A stretch of DNA of 64,000 nucleotides, from NCBI GenBank assembly GCA_964016885.1, contig OZ024740.1:144708001-144772000 (forward strand), given 5' to 3'. The notes beneath the pieces are model-generated. The model was not told the origin of the DNA. It did no database searches and was given only the letters and a program-made list of their open reading frames with translations. Numbering within the stretch: position 1 is the first letter of the stretch; each line of letters begins with the position of its first letter. The translations under genes were made by a program, and so were the position numbers. The stretch comes from Eledone cirrhosa. Its lineage: Eukaryota. Shown in pieces: positions 27,501 through 40,641 of the stretch.

Positions 27501-28423
27501 TAAAGTACAATATAAAAGTGTCATTTGTTTTCACTCTGAAGAAGGAAGACAAACTGTAACTTAATGTAGTTGCTACTTTATCTGGTGTGAGAGGAAGAAA
27601 ACCCTTTAGGTGGATCAGATGCACTGAAATAGCCAACAGCATCAACAAGTATGAACTGAAAACTGCTCAGATAGTTCACTGATATAGCTGAGATAATATA
27701 ATTTATAATGTAAGTAGAGAAAGCAATAGAATGGTCTACAAATAGGATGCAAGATGTTTAGCTCCATAATATTTACCCAGTCACTATGCACTTTTAAGGT
27801 GAAATAGATTACAGTAGTATGAAGGTTCAAGGTTGCAAAAATATTCCATTATGCTTTGCATGTAAGAATTATTCAACCAACTGGTTAAAAAGTAAAATTT
27901 GAAGGAGTTTGGTAATAAAGTAGCATTAAACTAAAGTGAGTGCTGGCAGTATTTCAAAATGACATGTCCCTCCTTGGTTCTTTCCTATTAAAGACAGATG
28001 ACAATACTTTTTGTGAGGCTGTGTGAGCCAATTGCAACAGTTAGCAATTATTTTTCATGCAGGTGGCATTCTTAGCTAATTTATGTCATTCATTATGTTG
28101 TCATGCCAACTTGTGTACATTTTGTGTTCATCTATCTAATAATTCTCTATCATTAGACCTTGAAAGTACTGGAAACAGTACATAATTTACTGAGGAAATC
28201 TAATAATACTGAAACATGCTTTGAGTTGCCATCATTTTTGCCAAAGATCATATCAAATTGCCAAATTTTTCAAAATATAAAAGGCACCCATATTTTGAAG
28301 AAAACTATTTTGGAAAAATTATAGCACTATTTAAAAGAATTTTATTAAACAAAAATCCAATCTGATATTTAAAAAAAAGCTTGAGTTATTTTGTGCATTG
28401 AACTGCAGTTAATGCATATTTAT

Positions 28424-29578
28424 AAATAATAATAATAATGAAGTTATTGTGTAAAGTGCTCAGGTGTACTACAACTCGTCAAAGGTGTATGTATAGTATA
28501 TAGAATAATACACAAATGTCAGGGAAGTGAATAGTGTATGAGTCATGGTATACATGTGTGTATGAGTATGGAGGGGGAACATTAGCTGTAGTGTTGGCGG
28601 ATCTCGGGAAGCATGGAGGCTTTAAAGGATGCAGTGTCTCGACAGCTAACAACTGATGCAGGTAGTTTGTTCCATGCTTCAGCAACTCTGAGCGTGAAAA
28701 AATGTTTCCGAAAGTCATGGGAACTGTGCTGTTTTCTGACTTTGTGGGCATGTTCACGTGTGTTAGACACATGGAAATCAAAAAGGTACTCAGGGTTGTT
28801 GTTGGCAAGATGGTTAACAATTTTGTGGGTGTTTACCAAGTCAGTTGCCAGGCGTCAGAGCTTCAATGTATCCATGCCCAGGGAAGCAAGGCACTCAGAG
28901 TATGGTAGATACCTGATGGAGGGTATTCGCTTGGTTGCACGTCTCTGAACAGTTTCCAGGCGGTCAATGTTCTGAGCAAGATAGGGGTTCCAGACTGGTG
29001 ATGCAAATTCTAAGTGTGGCCGCACCATAGCCATGTACAGCCTTAAATAGATATCTGGAGAGCGACTGACAAAGGTCTTGCTGAGTGATGCTAAGACACC
29101 CTCGGCCCTCTTGACAATTTTAGAGACGTGCTTCGTCCAACGCAAATTGCTGCTGACCGTAATGCCCAGGTCACGTTCACAAGAAGACTTCTTGATATTA
29201 GTGCTGTGGAGGGAGTATGTGGACGCTGGGTTTTTACTCCCAAAATGCATGGTGGTGCACTTGTCTCAACAGCTAGCTTGAGTTGCCAGTCTGAGATCCA
29301 TTGTTGCATTGTGTCCAGGTCAGACTGCAAGCAAGATCTATAGTGTTCAGGATCTGTCCTTTTTATCTCAAAGTACAACTTGATGTCATCTGCGTACTTT
29401 AGTACCGTGGCATTCTTTAAGTTAGCATCTATGTCATTAATATATGCCACAAACAAAAGGAGGCCAAGAACAGATCCCTGTGGTACACCAGATGACATCT
29501 CATATGGTGAGGAATGTTGTCCCAGAACCGTGACTACCTCTCTTCGACTGAGAATGAAGGACTTAACCAGTTAAAAAG
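28424..29578 (-). mobile_element. 5'-truncated CR1 copy
   Basis: GVPQGSVLG and KYADD through the C-terminus and (att)n tail; somewhat diverged from the long copy. Confidence 0.92.
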
Positions 29579-29936
29579 CTTTCACTCTTATCCATTGTCA
29601 ATACTCATTTTTTTTTAACTTATGAATATGGAGTAATGTAAATAGAAGTTTTTTTACAAGAAAAATATCAATATTCGTGTAAATTAAATAAACCAAACTA
29701 TCTTAACCTATTTAAATATACAACTGTATTTATACTCATGTATAGTTTGCATAAATATTATTATATATCGGTTGTAGGCAAATTTTGACACAAAATTTGG
29801 GGGGTAAAAAGTGTCTCTTATACACTGAAAACTGACAAATATTGCCTCAAAAGGTCTGAACTAAAAATTACTTCAGTCTTGAAATAATTACTAGCTTTTC
29901 GCAAAGTTCAAATATGTTGCACAATATAGCACTGAT

Positions 29937-30620
29937 TCATCATCATCATCGTTTAACGTCCATCTTCCACGCTAGCATGGGTCTGGACGGGAATTGTCCC
30001 ACTTGAGGCAAGATTGGTTGTCTTGCTCAGGACTGTCTGGCGGGTTTTCTACGGCTGGATGCGCTTCCTAACACCAACCACGTTTACAGTGTGGACTGGG
30101 AGGTTTTTACTGTGTTACCTACACGGCCACATTACAGCATGGACTGTGTGTTTTTTTTTGTCGTGACACCTACACAACCTCATTTATTTAGGACTGGGTG
30201 TTGTGGTACCAACATAACTTTACATCGAAAGGGGTGGTGTGGATCGGGTGGGGGTAGTGGGACGGGGGGTGTATTTTGGTTAAGAGGTGCCTACTGACTG
30301 TAGGTTTTGCTTTGTACTTAGGCAAGGTGGGTCTTCTGTATTACTACGTAGGGCCAAAGATCTTGGTCCAGTGACATTGTTTTGGAGAGGTGTAAGTGTG
30401 TGAGGTCGGATTTTATCAAGTCGTCCCAGGTTTATCTGGGTCTGCCTACTCCGTAGCTACTGTCTATTTTGATCGCCCTGCACTTTTTTATACAGCTGTC
30501 ATCTTTCATGTGCATCACGTGACCATAACTGGTGTCACCACCATGTTTTCTTATATAATATACTGCATACAAACAAAAACCAGCCACACAATAGACAGAC
30601 CTGCACGCACATCCAATCTC
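29937..30620 (-). mobile_element. RTE LINE 3' fragment (decayed)
   Basis: (cat)n tail, tctacggctggatgcgcttcctaacaccaacc motif and residual RLRW-G-V coding region at ~30500-30570. Confidence 0.65.
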
Positions 30621-31383
30621 TAGCCTACTGTTAAATTGTATCTTCCACCTGTACTACATTTCTTTTCTGAACTTGATAACTCATAATCCCAACAGAAACT
30701 TAACTGATGCATACCTTTCTCATTTTCTGTTCTCCTAAAATATTTCCAACACTAGAGTAGAAACTTTGCTTTTATATGGTTTAGTCAGAGAGTAAAGGGC
30801 AATAACCATGACAAGGCCTCTATGACTGAAGGGAGAAAGTTATCCTCAGTCAACCGACCTGGCCCAAATGCTTGCCAAAGAATTGACTCTTCTAAATGTT
30901 CTCAAAGGTCAGGTGGTGGGATTAAATTCTTCTAACCATGAAACTAACCTCCAGATAACCCTGTGACTACCCAAATTAAATATTAACCTCACCTAACTTG
31001 CTTAGATGTGTCTAAGAGTACATTGTCCTTTATAGACACAATAACAAATAAAAAGAAAACATTAACAATAATAGATCTTTCTAGTCCTTAAAACATTTTA
31101 GGTATCTAAATGTTCTATAACAAAAATTAAGGAACATAATAAATTATATAAAATTTGAGATGAACAGGTAATAAGGTAATAAATAAGATTATTATTTTAT
31201 TATTGGAAATCCCTTGTCTTTTTTTAATTATGAGAAAAATTGAATATTATGTGTTATGCATATACTGGAGCACACACTGAAAGATTTTGGAAATTTTCAG
31301 CTAATATATTAGCAAATTGAAATCTTAGAATTGAATTGAATTTGAACATGTTTTTGTTAGAAGTTAATATTTGGCAACATTGA

Positions 31384-31664
31384 TGATAATAATAATAATA
31401 ATAATGAAATTATTGTGTAAAGTGCTCAGGTGCACTACAACTCGTCAAAGGTGTATGTATAGTACATAGAATAATACACAAATATCAGGGAAGTACATGT
31501 GTGTATGTGTTAGCTGTAGTGTTGGTGGATCTCGGGAAGCATGGAGGCCTTAAAGGATGCAGTGTCTCGACAGCTAACAACTGATGCAGGTAGTTTGTTC
31601 CATGCTTCAGCAACTCTGAGCGTGAAAAAATGTTTCCGAAAGTCATGGGAACTGTGCTGTTTTC
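31384..31664 (-). mobile_element. CR1 3' fragment
   Basis: (taa)n gaaattattgtgtaaagtgctcaggtgcactacaactc plus ORF2 C-terminal sequence. Confidence 0.85.
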
Positions 31665-32228
31665 ATGCTGATGGGGAAAACAATTCAATGAATATTTAGA
31701 GAGCACAAGTAACAGTACAAGCCTGTATTTAATATGATGCTTGATATCTAATTACTAGATGTGTACTGTATTTTTGGTTAAAAATACATAATTCTTAATA
31801 CCCCAATCTACTTAAAATATGGGAGTAAAATTTATTACTTTAAATATTAGTCACTGTGCAGTTGACAAATATTTTATTAGCTAGCACTGTTGAAAAATAA
31901 ATATAACCACTGTTATATATTACTTCATTGAATCACTAGCTGATAATAATAATAATGAAAATTATTGTGTACGGTGCTCAGGTGCACTACAAAGATGAGA
32001 ATGTAATGTTCTCTGTAATGTCTCAACAACCCAATTTTTTATAGGCTAATCTGTTACTCAGACTTCAGATACATTTTTTTATATTTTAAATATTATGTCT
32101 TGGATAATTGTTTTGCTTAATTATGCTACCCATGTTTTTAAAAGATACAAACATTGATAACGGGACAATGAAACAACTATATAAATATCTATAGAATCAG
32201 AATATCACAGTATTCAAAATAACTATAA

Positions 32229-32501
32229 TTGTTTCTACCTTTTGGCACAAGGCCAGCAATTACCCAGTGCATTACTGGTACTTTATTTTATCGACCCCAT
32301 AAGGATGAAAGGCAAAGTTAACCTCAGCGGGATTTGAACTCAGAATGGCAAGGGCCGTAACTCTATGCGTCAAAGCATGGCATCCGACCAAAATAACTAT
32401 AATTGTTTCTACTATTGGCACAAGGCCAGCAATTACCCAGTACATTACTGGTACTTTATTTTATCGACCCCGTAAGGAAAAGTTAACCTCGGCGGGATTT
32501 G
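32229..32501 (-). mobile_element. Two tandem SINE family A copies
   Basis: Copies at 32229-32388 and 32401-32501, each preceded by caaaataactataat. Confidence 0.8.
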
Positions 32502-32654
32502 AAACTGTAATGAAGATGAATTAGATCGATGCATATATTTATATCACCCAATAGTTTTGTGGGTATCTTCATAATCAGATGAATAAAAAATTTTATTAAT
32601 TTTATTTTAATGAAGATTATATACTCACAAAACTGTTGCTATACACAGGTATTG

Positions 32655-32891
32655 CAAGCACGGAACAAACTAGCTGCTTCAGTTGTTAGCTGTCAAGACA
32701 CTGGATCCTTCAAAACCTCCATGCTTCTCGAAATTTGCCAACACTACACCTGATATTCCCCCTCCATGCACATGCGTGAATGTAAGTGTGTATATCATGA
32801 CTCATACACTGTTCACTTTCCTGACATACATGCACCTTTGATGAGTTGTAGTGCACCTGAGCACTATACACAATAATTTCATTATTATTAT
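32655..32891 (+). mobile_element. CR1 3' fragment
   Basis: Reverse-orientation match ending gtgcacctgagcactatacacaataatttcattattatta. Confidence 0.8.
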
Positions 32892-33045
32892 TAAACAAAT
32901 AGTAGAATTGGCCATCAATACAAAATTGTTGATCTCCTGACTATTACTACTGCTGTTGATCCTTAAATACCTTAAACATTTGCCAATCTTGCAGTTATTT
33001 TTCTGGAAACACAAATATGTCTTGGTTGAAACTATTATATTTTAA

Positions 33046-33307
33046 AATAATAATAATGAAATTATTGTGTACAGTGCTCCGGTGCACTACAACTCAACAA
33101 AGGTGCATGTATAGTACATAGAATAATATACAAATGTCAGGGAAGTGAATAGTGAATGAGTCATGATATACATGTGTGCGTGTGTATGGAGGGGGAATAT
33201 TAGGTGTAGTGTTGGCGAATCTCAGGAAGCATGGAAGTTTTAAAGGATGCAGTGTCTCGACAGGTAATAACTGATGCAGGTAGTTTGTTCCATGCTTCAG
33301 CAACTCT
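33046..33307 (-). mobile_element. CR1 3' fragment
   Basis: Matches 28424-28690. Confidence 0.85.
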
Positions 33308-33392
33308 ATTTGCACTGCTAATCTCCTTAGAAAAGACAATTACATCACAATATCCCATATTCCTTAAGTTGAAAATATGAAGCTCCTTGATT

Positions 33393-33519
33393 TACATGCA
33401 CACATGTATTTCATGACTCATACACTGTTCATTTTCCTGACATTTGTACATTATTCTATGTACTATACATGCATCTTTGATGAGTTGTAGTGCATCGGAG
33501 CACTGTACACATTATATTA
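33393..33519 (+). mobile_element. CR1 3' UTR fragment
   Basis: catgactcatacactgttcattttcctgacatttgtacatt...gagcactgtacac. Confidence 0.75.
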
Positions 33520-34029
33520 TAACAATTAAGCTTGTTTATTTAATTCATATCAATATATTTTCTAGCTTAAGCCACAGGATATTGTCTAGCATATAAAAAT
33601 ACCCAGTAGATATAGTAATATCTTAGTAAAATAAAAGCAGTGTGGATTAACATTTGAAAGACAAAAACTGTGCATTTATTAGAGGATTAGTTACAGAACA
33701 AATTATCAAAACTAGAAAATTAAAATTAACTTTTATGTGATATCAGGAATCTTGTGCTACCACCTTTAATTCGATCTTATATTGATGATGTATATTGAGA
33801 AAACATATTTTTTTTACTTTAGCTTGGTAACTAAGGATGGATATTGGGGAAATTAATCTGAAAAGAATTATGAATAAAAGTGATACTTCCAAACAAGATT
33901 AAAATCAAATAATTACAATGGTGATATGCTAATATCTTCATTGCAAGCAGAATAATTTTGTTAAAAAAAAATAACCATCAATTCAAAATAACTTTTCTAA
34001 TTATTAAGCATGTTCAATGTAGGTAATAA

Positions 34030-34137
34030 TTGTTTCTACTTTTGGCACAAAGCCAGCAATTGCTCCAGTGCATTACTGGTGCTTTATTTTATTGACCCCG
34101 TAAGGATGAAAGGCAAAGTTAACCTTGGCAGGATTTA
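34030..34137 (-). mobile_element. SINE family A 3' fragment
   Basis: Matches 3196 and 32229. Confidence 0.75.
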
Positions 34138-35599
34138 ATGAATAGATCCCAATTGTTTGCTATTTTTTAGTTGAATTTCATAAACCAAAACATTTAAAAT
34201 ACAGTGAGAAAGTTAGGGTATTTCTGTAAGATAGAATAGTCATTAGTTAAGGAATTATTAACTAATTAGCAAATAATTCACATTTGAAAGTGATTTAGTC
34301 TCTCAGATCATCAAGAAAGAACAGAAAAAAAGGCACAAAAGCTCAGAAATATGTTCTAGAAAAACTCTAGCCTAATATTTGCAAGCTTTGATTCATTACC
34401 TCCAATTACTGCTTTCTGTTGTACAAGCCCAGAAAGGAACTTCCTTGTAGATGCTTGGCTAGCTAAGATTGCAGCCAAATCCCCTACAAATAATACCTGG
34501 CCATCTTAAAACTAAATATACTGAATAAAAACACTCCTAAAAAAAACTATGGTTGTCTCTTGTAATTGAGTATGATATGGTAGTAAATACCAGGCTTTCA
34601 TTAAGGGTTTTATGTCTCTATATAGGCACAAGTAGATGCAGACACTCTCTCAATCTTCCAAACCTTGATCCAGCAGAACATTCTGGATATGACAGCTGTA
34701 GGGAGAGAGAGCTATATCAGTACTGGGCTGGTATTTTCTTTATTGATCCTGAAATGATGCAAAGTTGACATTAGTGGGATTGGGATTTAAAAGTGTGCAG
34801 AGAGCTGAAACAAATGTTGCAATGCATTCTATCTAATGTTCTAATGACTACCAAACAACTGCCTTACTGTTTAATGTAATCCTGAATATATGCCAGAAAA
34901 AAAATGAAGCGATGGTTATGTAATGGCTTGAATGCTGGTCACATGATGTAGGTTCAACAGAATAAAAAAAATTTCTGTTGCATGAATTTTTCGTTTTTGA
35001 ATTTGTTCAGAAATTTAGATATAATTTTAATAGATACTATTTGTTTAATAAACATGCCAAGTCAATCGTGTTACAGAATGAATATTTTTGATAACTGATT
35101 TTCAGATGATGAATATTTGCTCGGCTGTGTTGTGTCCAGGGCAAAAACCACACTGTTCGTCAGCTAGCTTGGACTCAACAATATCCCTACATCTCTGCCA
35201 GACACTTAATGATGTTTGAAATACTTGTATGAATTTAAGGAATGCATAAGCTGTCAGTGCTTTCAAGAGACTGGCAGAAATATTAAACATTTTGTTACCA
35301 TATATTTAATGAAAGACACTGCCTATAACTATGCAATAATTTTGAAAATAATCAAGAATTTGAAGGGATTTAGTAATGTAACTAACTTTCTCATTATTAA
35401 AAGTGGTGTTTAGAACAAAACATAAGGTTCTTACATAAAATTATGATGGAATGTTTTTAGATAAATATAAACACTTTAAAGCAAGCAGTTCTATATAATA
35501 GAAATAGGGGCCTCATGTTATCAAAAAGCCTTATGTGATTACTTATTGAATGGCAAAACAAAATACATCTTTACAAAAATGGTTTTCTAAAGTTGAATA

Positions 35600-36670
35600 T
35601 TTTTTCTTCTTCTTCACCAACTTATGCCTGAGAGGGTCGTGAAGCAGAGTCCTCAAACACTCCTTCCAGCGTATCCTGTCAGAACCAACTGTCTCTAACT
35701 GATCTGGCTGGATCCTCAAGCAAGACCAGCCAAGCTCATGGATGTTATCCAACCATCTTGCTTGAGGTGTACTGCTGGGTCTCTTGCTGGTTGGATTTGC
35801 CCGTAAAATCTGTCCAGCGATTCTTTCCTGAGACATTCTAACCACATGCCCATAGCATCAAAGCTGTGATCTCTCAATTCAGAGAAGTAGCAGCTCTACC
35901 TGGAGTGACTATCTGATCTCCAAGCTACATACTCTATCAAGTAACGTTACTCCAAAGAACCTTCAGAGGAACTCCATTTCAGCTGCTTGTATTCTTTAGG
36001 TCATTACCCAAGATTCGTGACTATAGGTAAGGCTTGGCACGAATACCAAATTGAAGACAGCGAGTTTGGCTTTTACGCCTACCTCCCTTCCTCTGATTAC
36101 TGAATGCTGAAGCTGCCACATTACTGCACCAGCTCCTGCAATTCTTGCATTTAATTCAGCCTCCTGCCTATCGCTCATGAACACAGGCCCAAGATATTTG
36201 AACTTCTACCATTCACATGTAGAGTGCACTGCACAGGCTCCCTTGAGAAGATGAGTGTCTCAGTCTTCACAGCACTGATTTTCATTCCAGCCATGCAGCA
36301 CTCGGCATCAAACCTATTAAGTGCAAATTGGATATCACTTCTGTCAAGGAAAGTATGACCATGTTGCCTGCAAATTCCAGGCGACTGATTTTACACCCAC
36401 CAATCATGATACTATTTCCAACCTGGTTGCACATGTCAATTCTGTTCATGTAAATATCAAACAGGAGAGGTGACAGTACACGCCTTTGGCGGAGTCCAAC
36501 TTCCATATTGAATGGTTTCGATTTAACATCATTTCTTTGAACACAAATACTCGGGCATTTGTATTGAGACATCAGGGCAGCAAGCTGACCATCGATCCCA
36601 TACTCCTGCAGAACTTTCAACAGCAGGCCCTGAGGAACACAGTCATATGCCTTTTCAAGGTCGACAAATA
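35600..36670 (-). mobile_element. 5'-truncated Expander/Rex3-like RTE
   Basis: FVDLEKAYDCVP, LSPLLFDIYM, PSLTYSHESWVMT; colinear with 9359-10410. Confidence 0.85.
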
Positions 36671-36851
36671 TTAATTCTTTTGATACCAAATTGTCAGGCA
36701 GGTTCTATGATAAAAATCCTTTATTTCAAAGTGTTCATATTTAAGTCAAAATATTCCATTGTAATATTTGTTTCAAACTCCAGCTTAAAGAAAAAGTCTG
36801 CTATTTTACAAAATCTCTCCAATTTTGGGGGGTTTTTTTCAGAATTAATTA

Positions 36852-36902
36852 AATCACATAAGATATATATTTCTAAATTAGAAATATATATCTTATGTGA
36901 TT
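36852..36902. repeat. Perfect palindrome, 25-bp arms with 1-nt spacer
   Basis: aatcacataagatatatatttctaa-a-ttagaaatatatatcttatgtgatt. Confidence 0.95.
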
Positions 36903-37274
36903 CTTCCTTGAATGGCAAAGAAGTATGGCTTTCTTATTTAATATTATAGCTAAATTATTCTCTCATCTTTAGTCAACATGCTGACAAATTAACTGTATCT
37001 CCATAAATAAAAGTATTGTTTCCATATCTCAAAGTTTCGTCATCTATACTTGTCATTGTACATTACTTTGATAACCTTAATTTAATTCTAGAAAATGTTA
37101 TTCTTCGTCTTCCAAGGCTAATTTCTGTTCTGGATTCTTCATGAAACACTCTCGTAATCCTGTTCAGTTAGAATATATATAAACAAAATTTGTTGTTTTT
37201 GCTGAAATCGAAACTTCACGCCCTAACAAATAAATCACATTCGTGCATTCTACTTGTCCCGTAAGAAACTCTGG

Positions 37275-37308
<34 letters not shown>

Positions 37309-37863
37309 CAAAAACAACAAAAACAGAAAGAAATAACTAGGATTGGAATTAAAGAATAAAAACTAAATCATTGATCAAAATACAACTTGAAATTGCTTAT
37401 TTCACAGATTTCATTTGTAATCTTACTAGTTTAGAGCATTGGTTAGTATTTTTTAAAAACATTTTCATTTGCAAGAATTTGTAACTAGTGCATTTTCTTG
37501 TTCGAGGTTATAACGATCAAAAATAAAATTCATATGGATATTAAACAAAGTTATTAAATATGATGTAATGACAGTATAATAGACAATAATTAGGTGTATG
37601 AAGTTTTAATATCATAGGAAAATTTGTTGAGCAAACGAGTTTTCTAGGCATGAAAGCGTAACTGGTGACATTTTCTTTATTCAAGAGCACATGCATTATA
37701 CACACAGATTATTATATATATATATATATATACCTATAGGAAAATGTATGACCCCGACGGCAGAGCTCAAGCCGTTTCGACGGCTTTTGCCCACTCTACT
37801 ACCCTAAGTATTGAGTACTCTGGTACGTTATGGTCCACCTGGTTCCTTACCACAACTCCTTCG

Positions 37864-37908
<45 letters not shown>

Positions 37909-38169
37909 AGGGCAGTAACTCCGAATAAGAACTGACTCGGGCAGTGACTCTTGTTCAACCTGTCAGAATGGTAAGCAGTTAAAAGATGATGCCTATAAAA
38001 CTCGTGCACATTCCATTAGATCATTTGTTTCTTCGTATTTCAAATAATCTGTATTTATAATTTCTTTAGGACCAAATTAAAATTAAATCAATTCTGCCAC
38101 CTCTCACTGTCCCAAAATGATTTTGTGTGTGAAATGAACTATAATAAAAAATAAATTAGAAACGGGTAA

Positions 38170-38480
38170 GAAAGGGGCGTGAGAAGGGGGTTGGCAAATT
38201 ATCAATGAATCCACACCAAGTTAGAAATTTCAATCTAAAACAAAACAATAAATAAAAATTTATTTAAACAATATACCATTAATTGTATTTTCATATTTTT
38301 TTCTAAACACGAAGACTCAAGAAATGCAAGTACTTTTTACTCCTTCCATTCGAGTTTGATCGACCATAAGTACACACATGCCATGTGACGTAAGTTTACG
38401 TCATCAATCTATGTGTACGAGATCATCCGAGCTTTTACAAGAATGGGTAAAAAAATTAGCTTCGGTAATTTCCGACATAT
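38170..38480. promoter_or_regulatory. Candidate GSK3 promoter elements
   Basis: GGGGCGTG (Sp/KLF-like) at ~38174 and inverted TGACGTAA-gt-TTACGTCA at 38386-38403, within the CpG-richer zone ~2.3 kb upstream of the GSK3 ATG. Confidence 0.35.
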
Positions 38481-40219
38481 GTATAGAGAATGTTTTTTTT
38501 ATTTTTGATATTATAATGGGTATTACAATATTTTTTAAAATTAATATCAATGGGCAAATAAATGTATGTACTTGAAATACTTTAGGTTTTATGAATCAAT
38601 AGATCAGGTTTCGTAGCATGAGACTACTACAGGATGGTTATATAAACTTGGATCAAGCAACAATAAAACGAAACGTTTGTGCGAAACGAAAATTTAAAGA
38701 AATATTGAAAGCTTACATATGTGTTCGTAAATTTATCTCTTTATATTTTTATTCGAAAGAAAATATATAATTTAAAATAAATAAAATAATTTACTTTGCT
38801 ACAAAACTGGCCTTTCTTCCAATTTAGTTGTTGTTATTCTGAATCCCTATTATACTTTTACAGCAACCTAACTAAATCACAAATTGTTTCGCCCTACACT
38901 TTTTCCTGTATCGCTGAATTATTTCATTGGTAGTCATCAGTAGAATGCTAGTATTCTCTGTATACTGGCTTTAAAATTGTATCATTGTGTGACATATTTT
39001 TACGGTTTAATTTAGAATTTGCTCTTGTCACATTACTAGCAATGAGATACTTCTAAAGCCTGAAGAAATTTCAAAGAAATCAAAGGGACGTGGAGGCTAG
39101 ATATTTATCAATGGCGTAAAGGGCTATGACTTGATTACTTGACTTCACTACTTGTGTGTGTGTGTGTGTGTGTGAGTGTGTTTCATTTACCTGAGATATA
39201 ATTTATGCTTTATTCAGCAACCTTTTTGAAAGTGGAAAAATGAAAATCAACACAAAAATAACACCAAGAAAATAATTGGAGGATCAAACGGGGAAGCCTA
39301 TTATTGAGGAACGAACGGAATGACGAAAACCTTTGAATAGTGGTAACTTTGCTATACGTGGTGGATACCAATCCAAATCAGAGACCCTCAGGATACTTGT
39401 CTCACAGGTGCATATGTACATATATATATGAATACAAATCGACAGTTTTACTTACAAACAGATTGTTACTTCTGGAGTTAGATATATTTGAAAGTGCATG
39501 ATGGAAATGCTATGTGGAAACAAAAGCCCACATCTGATCGAGATTTAAATGGAGATCATCTAGTTCTACCAAGACTTACTTAGTGGAATTATTCGCTGTT
39601 GATTTTTTTTATTGAAAAGATAATATAAAATCTAATTCGAAGAAAAGGGACAAGTACAAAATGTGTTTTTGTATATAATTCAATCTGATGGTATGTGAAA
39701 ATTTGATCAAACATTTCCAAACATTTCCATTTCGTTAAGTTGTTCGATTTTTTAAAAATTTAAATTGTATGTATTTTAAATATATGCATATATCATATAT
39801 TTTGTCTGATGTTATCTATAATACAAGGTCTAGTTTTACTTGACCAGATGTCTGCATACCTAGGGTACCATACATGTGTCTGTCGTTCACACGAAGAAAC
39901 GTTACATTTGCTGTAAAATTACACACCATATATACGAAAAGTTATTGCTGAAAAAAAAAAGGGAAAAAAAGAAGATACTTTCCTACTACTCTTGAAACGT
40001 TTCTTGTATGCATTAATTTTATTCAACAACCTAAAGCCATATATCTCACTTAACTAAATACAGTTTTGTGTGTAAAGTATCGCATTCGTTCTTCGAAGAG
40101 TTTAAGTGTCAGATTTTTAACATCTTTGATCACAAGACGAACTTTGGAAATATTGTAACCTAAGAAAATCTGGAAAAATATTCACTTGATCAAGGATCTG
40201 AATAGATTCTATTATCAGG

Positions 40220-40253
<34 letters not shown>

Positions 40254-40444
40254 AAGGAGTGGCTTAAAATCTCCGCGTTCTAAATGAGAAGGTGAACATT
40301 GTGACTGCATCGTTGTAAGGGGGAGATCTGAATGTCAGACTCCAGAATCGAAGATCGTTGAAGGATCACTAGATATTAAACATTGTGCAGCATTTTAGTA
40401 ATTGTTACCCACCGGAATATATACTACTACTACTACATATATAT

Positions 40445-40500
<56 letters not shown>

Positions 40501-40641
40501 GCACACATATCTTCATGTCTTTCTACCTTTCCATCTATGTAACAATTTAGAAGAATTAACTCGAAAGATTTATACAACCTCTCAATTTGAGGCTGAATCA
40601 GTGATCCAAGGGGGAAACAAGTACCTGTGGATGCATTCACT

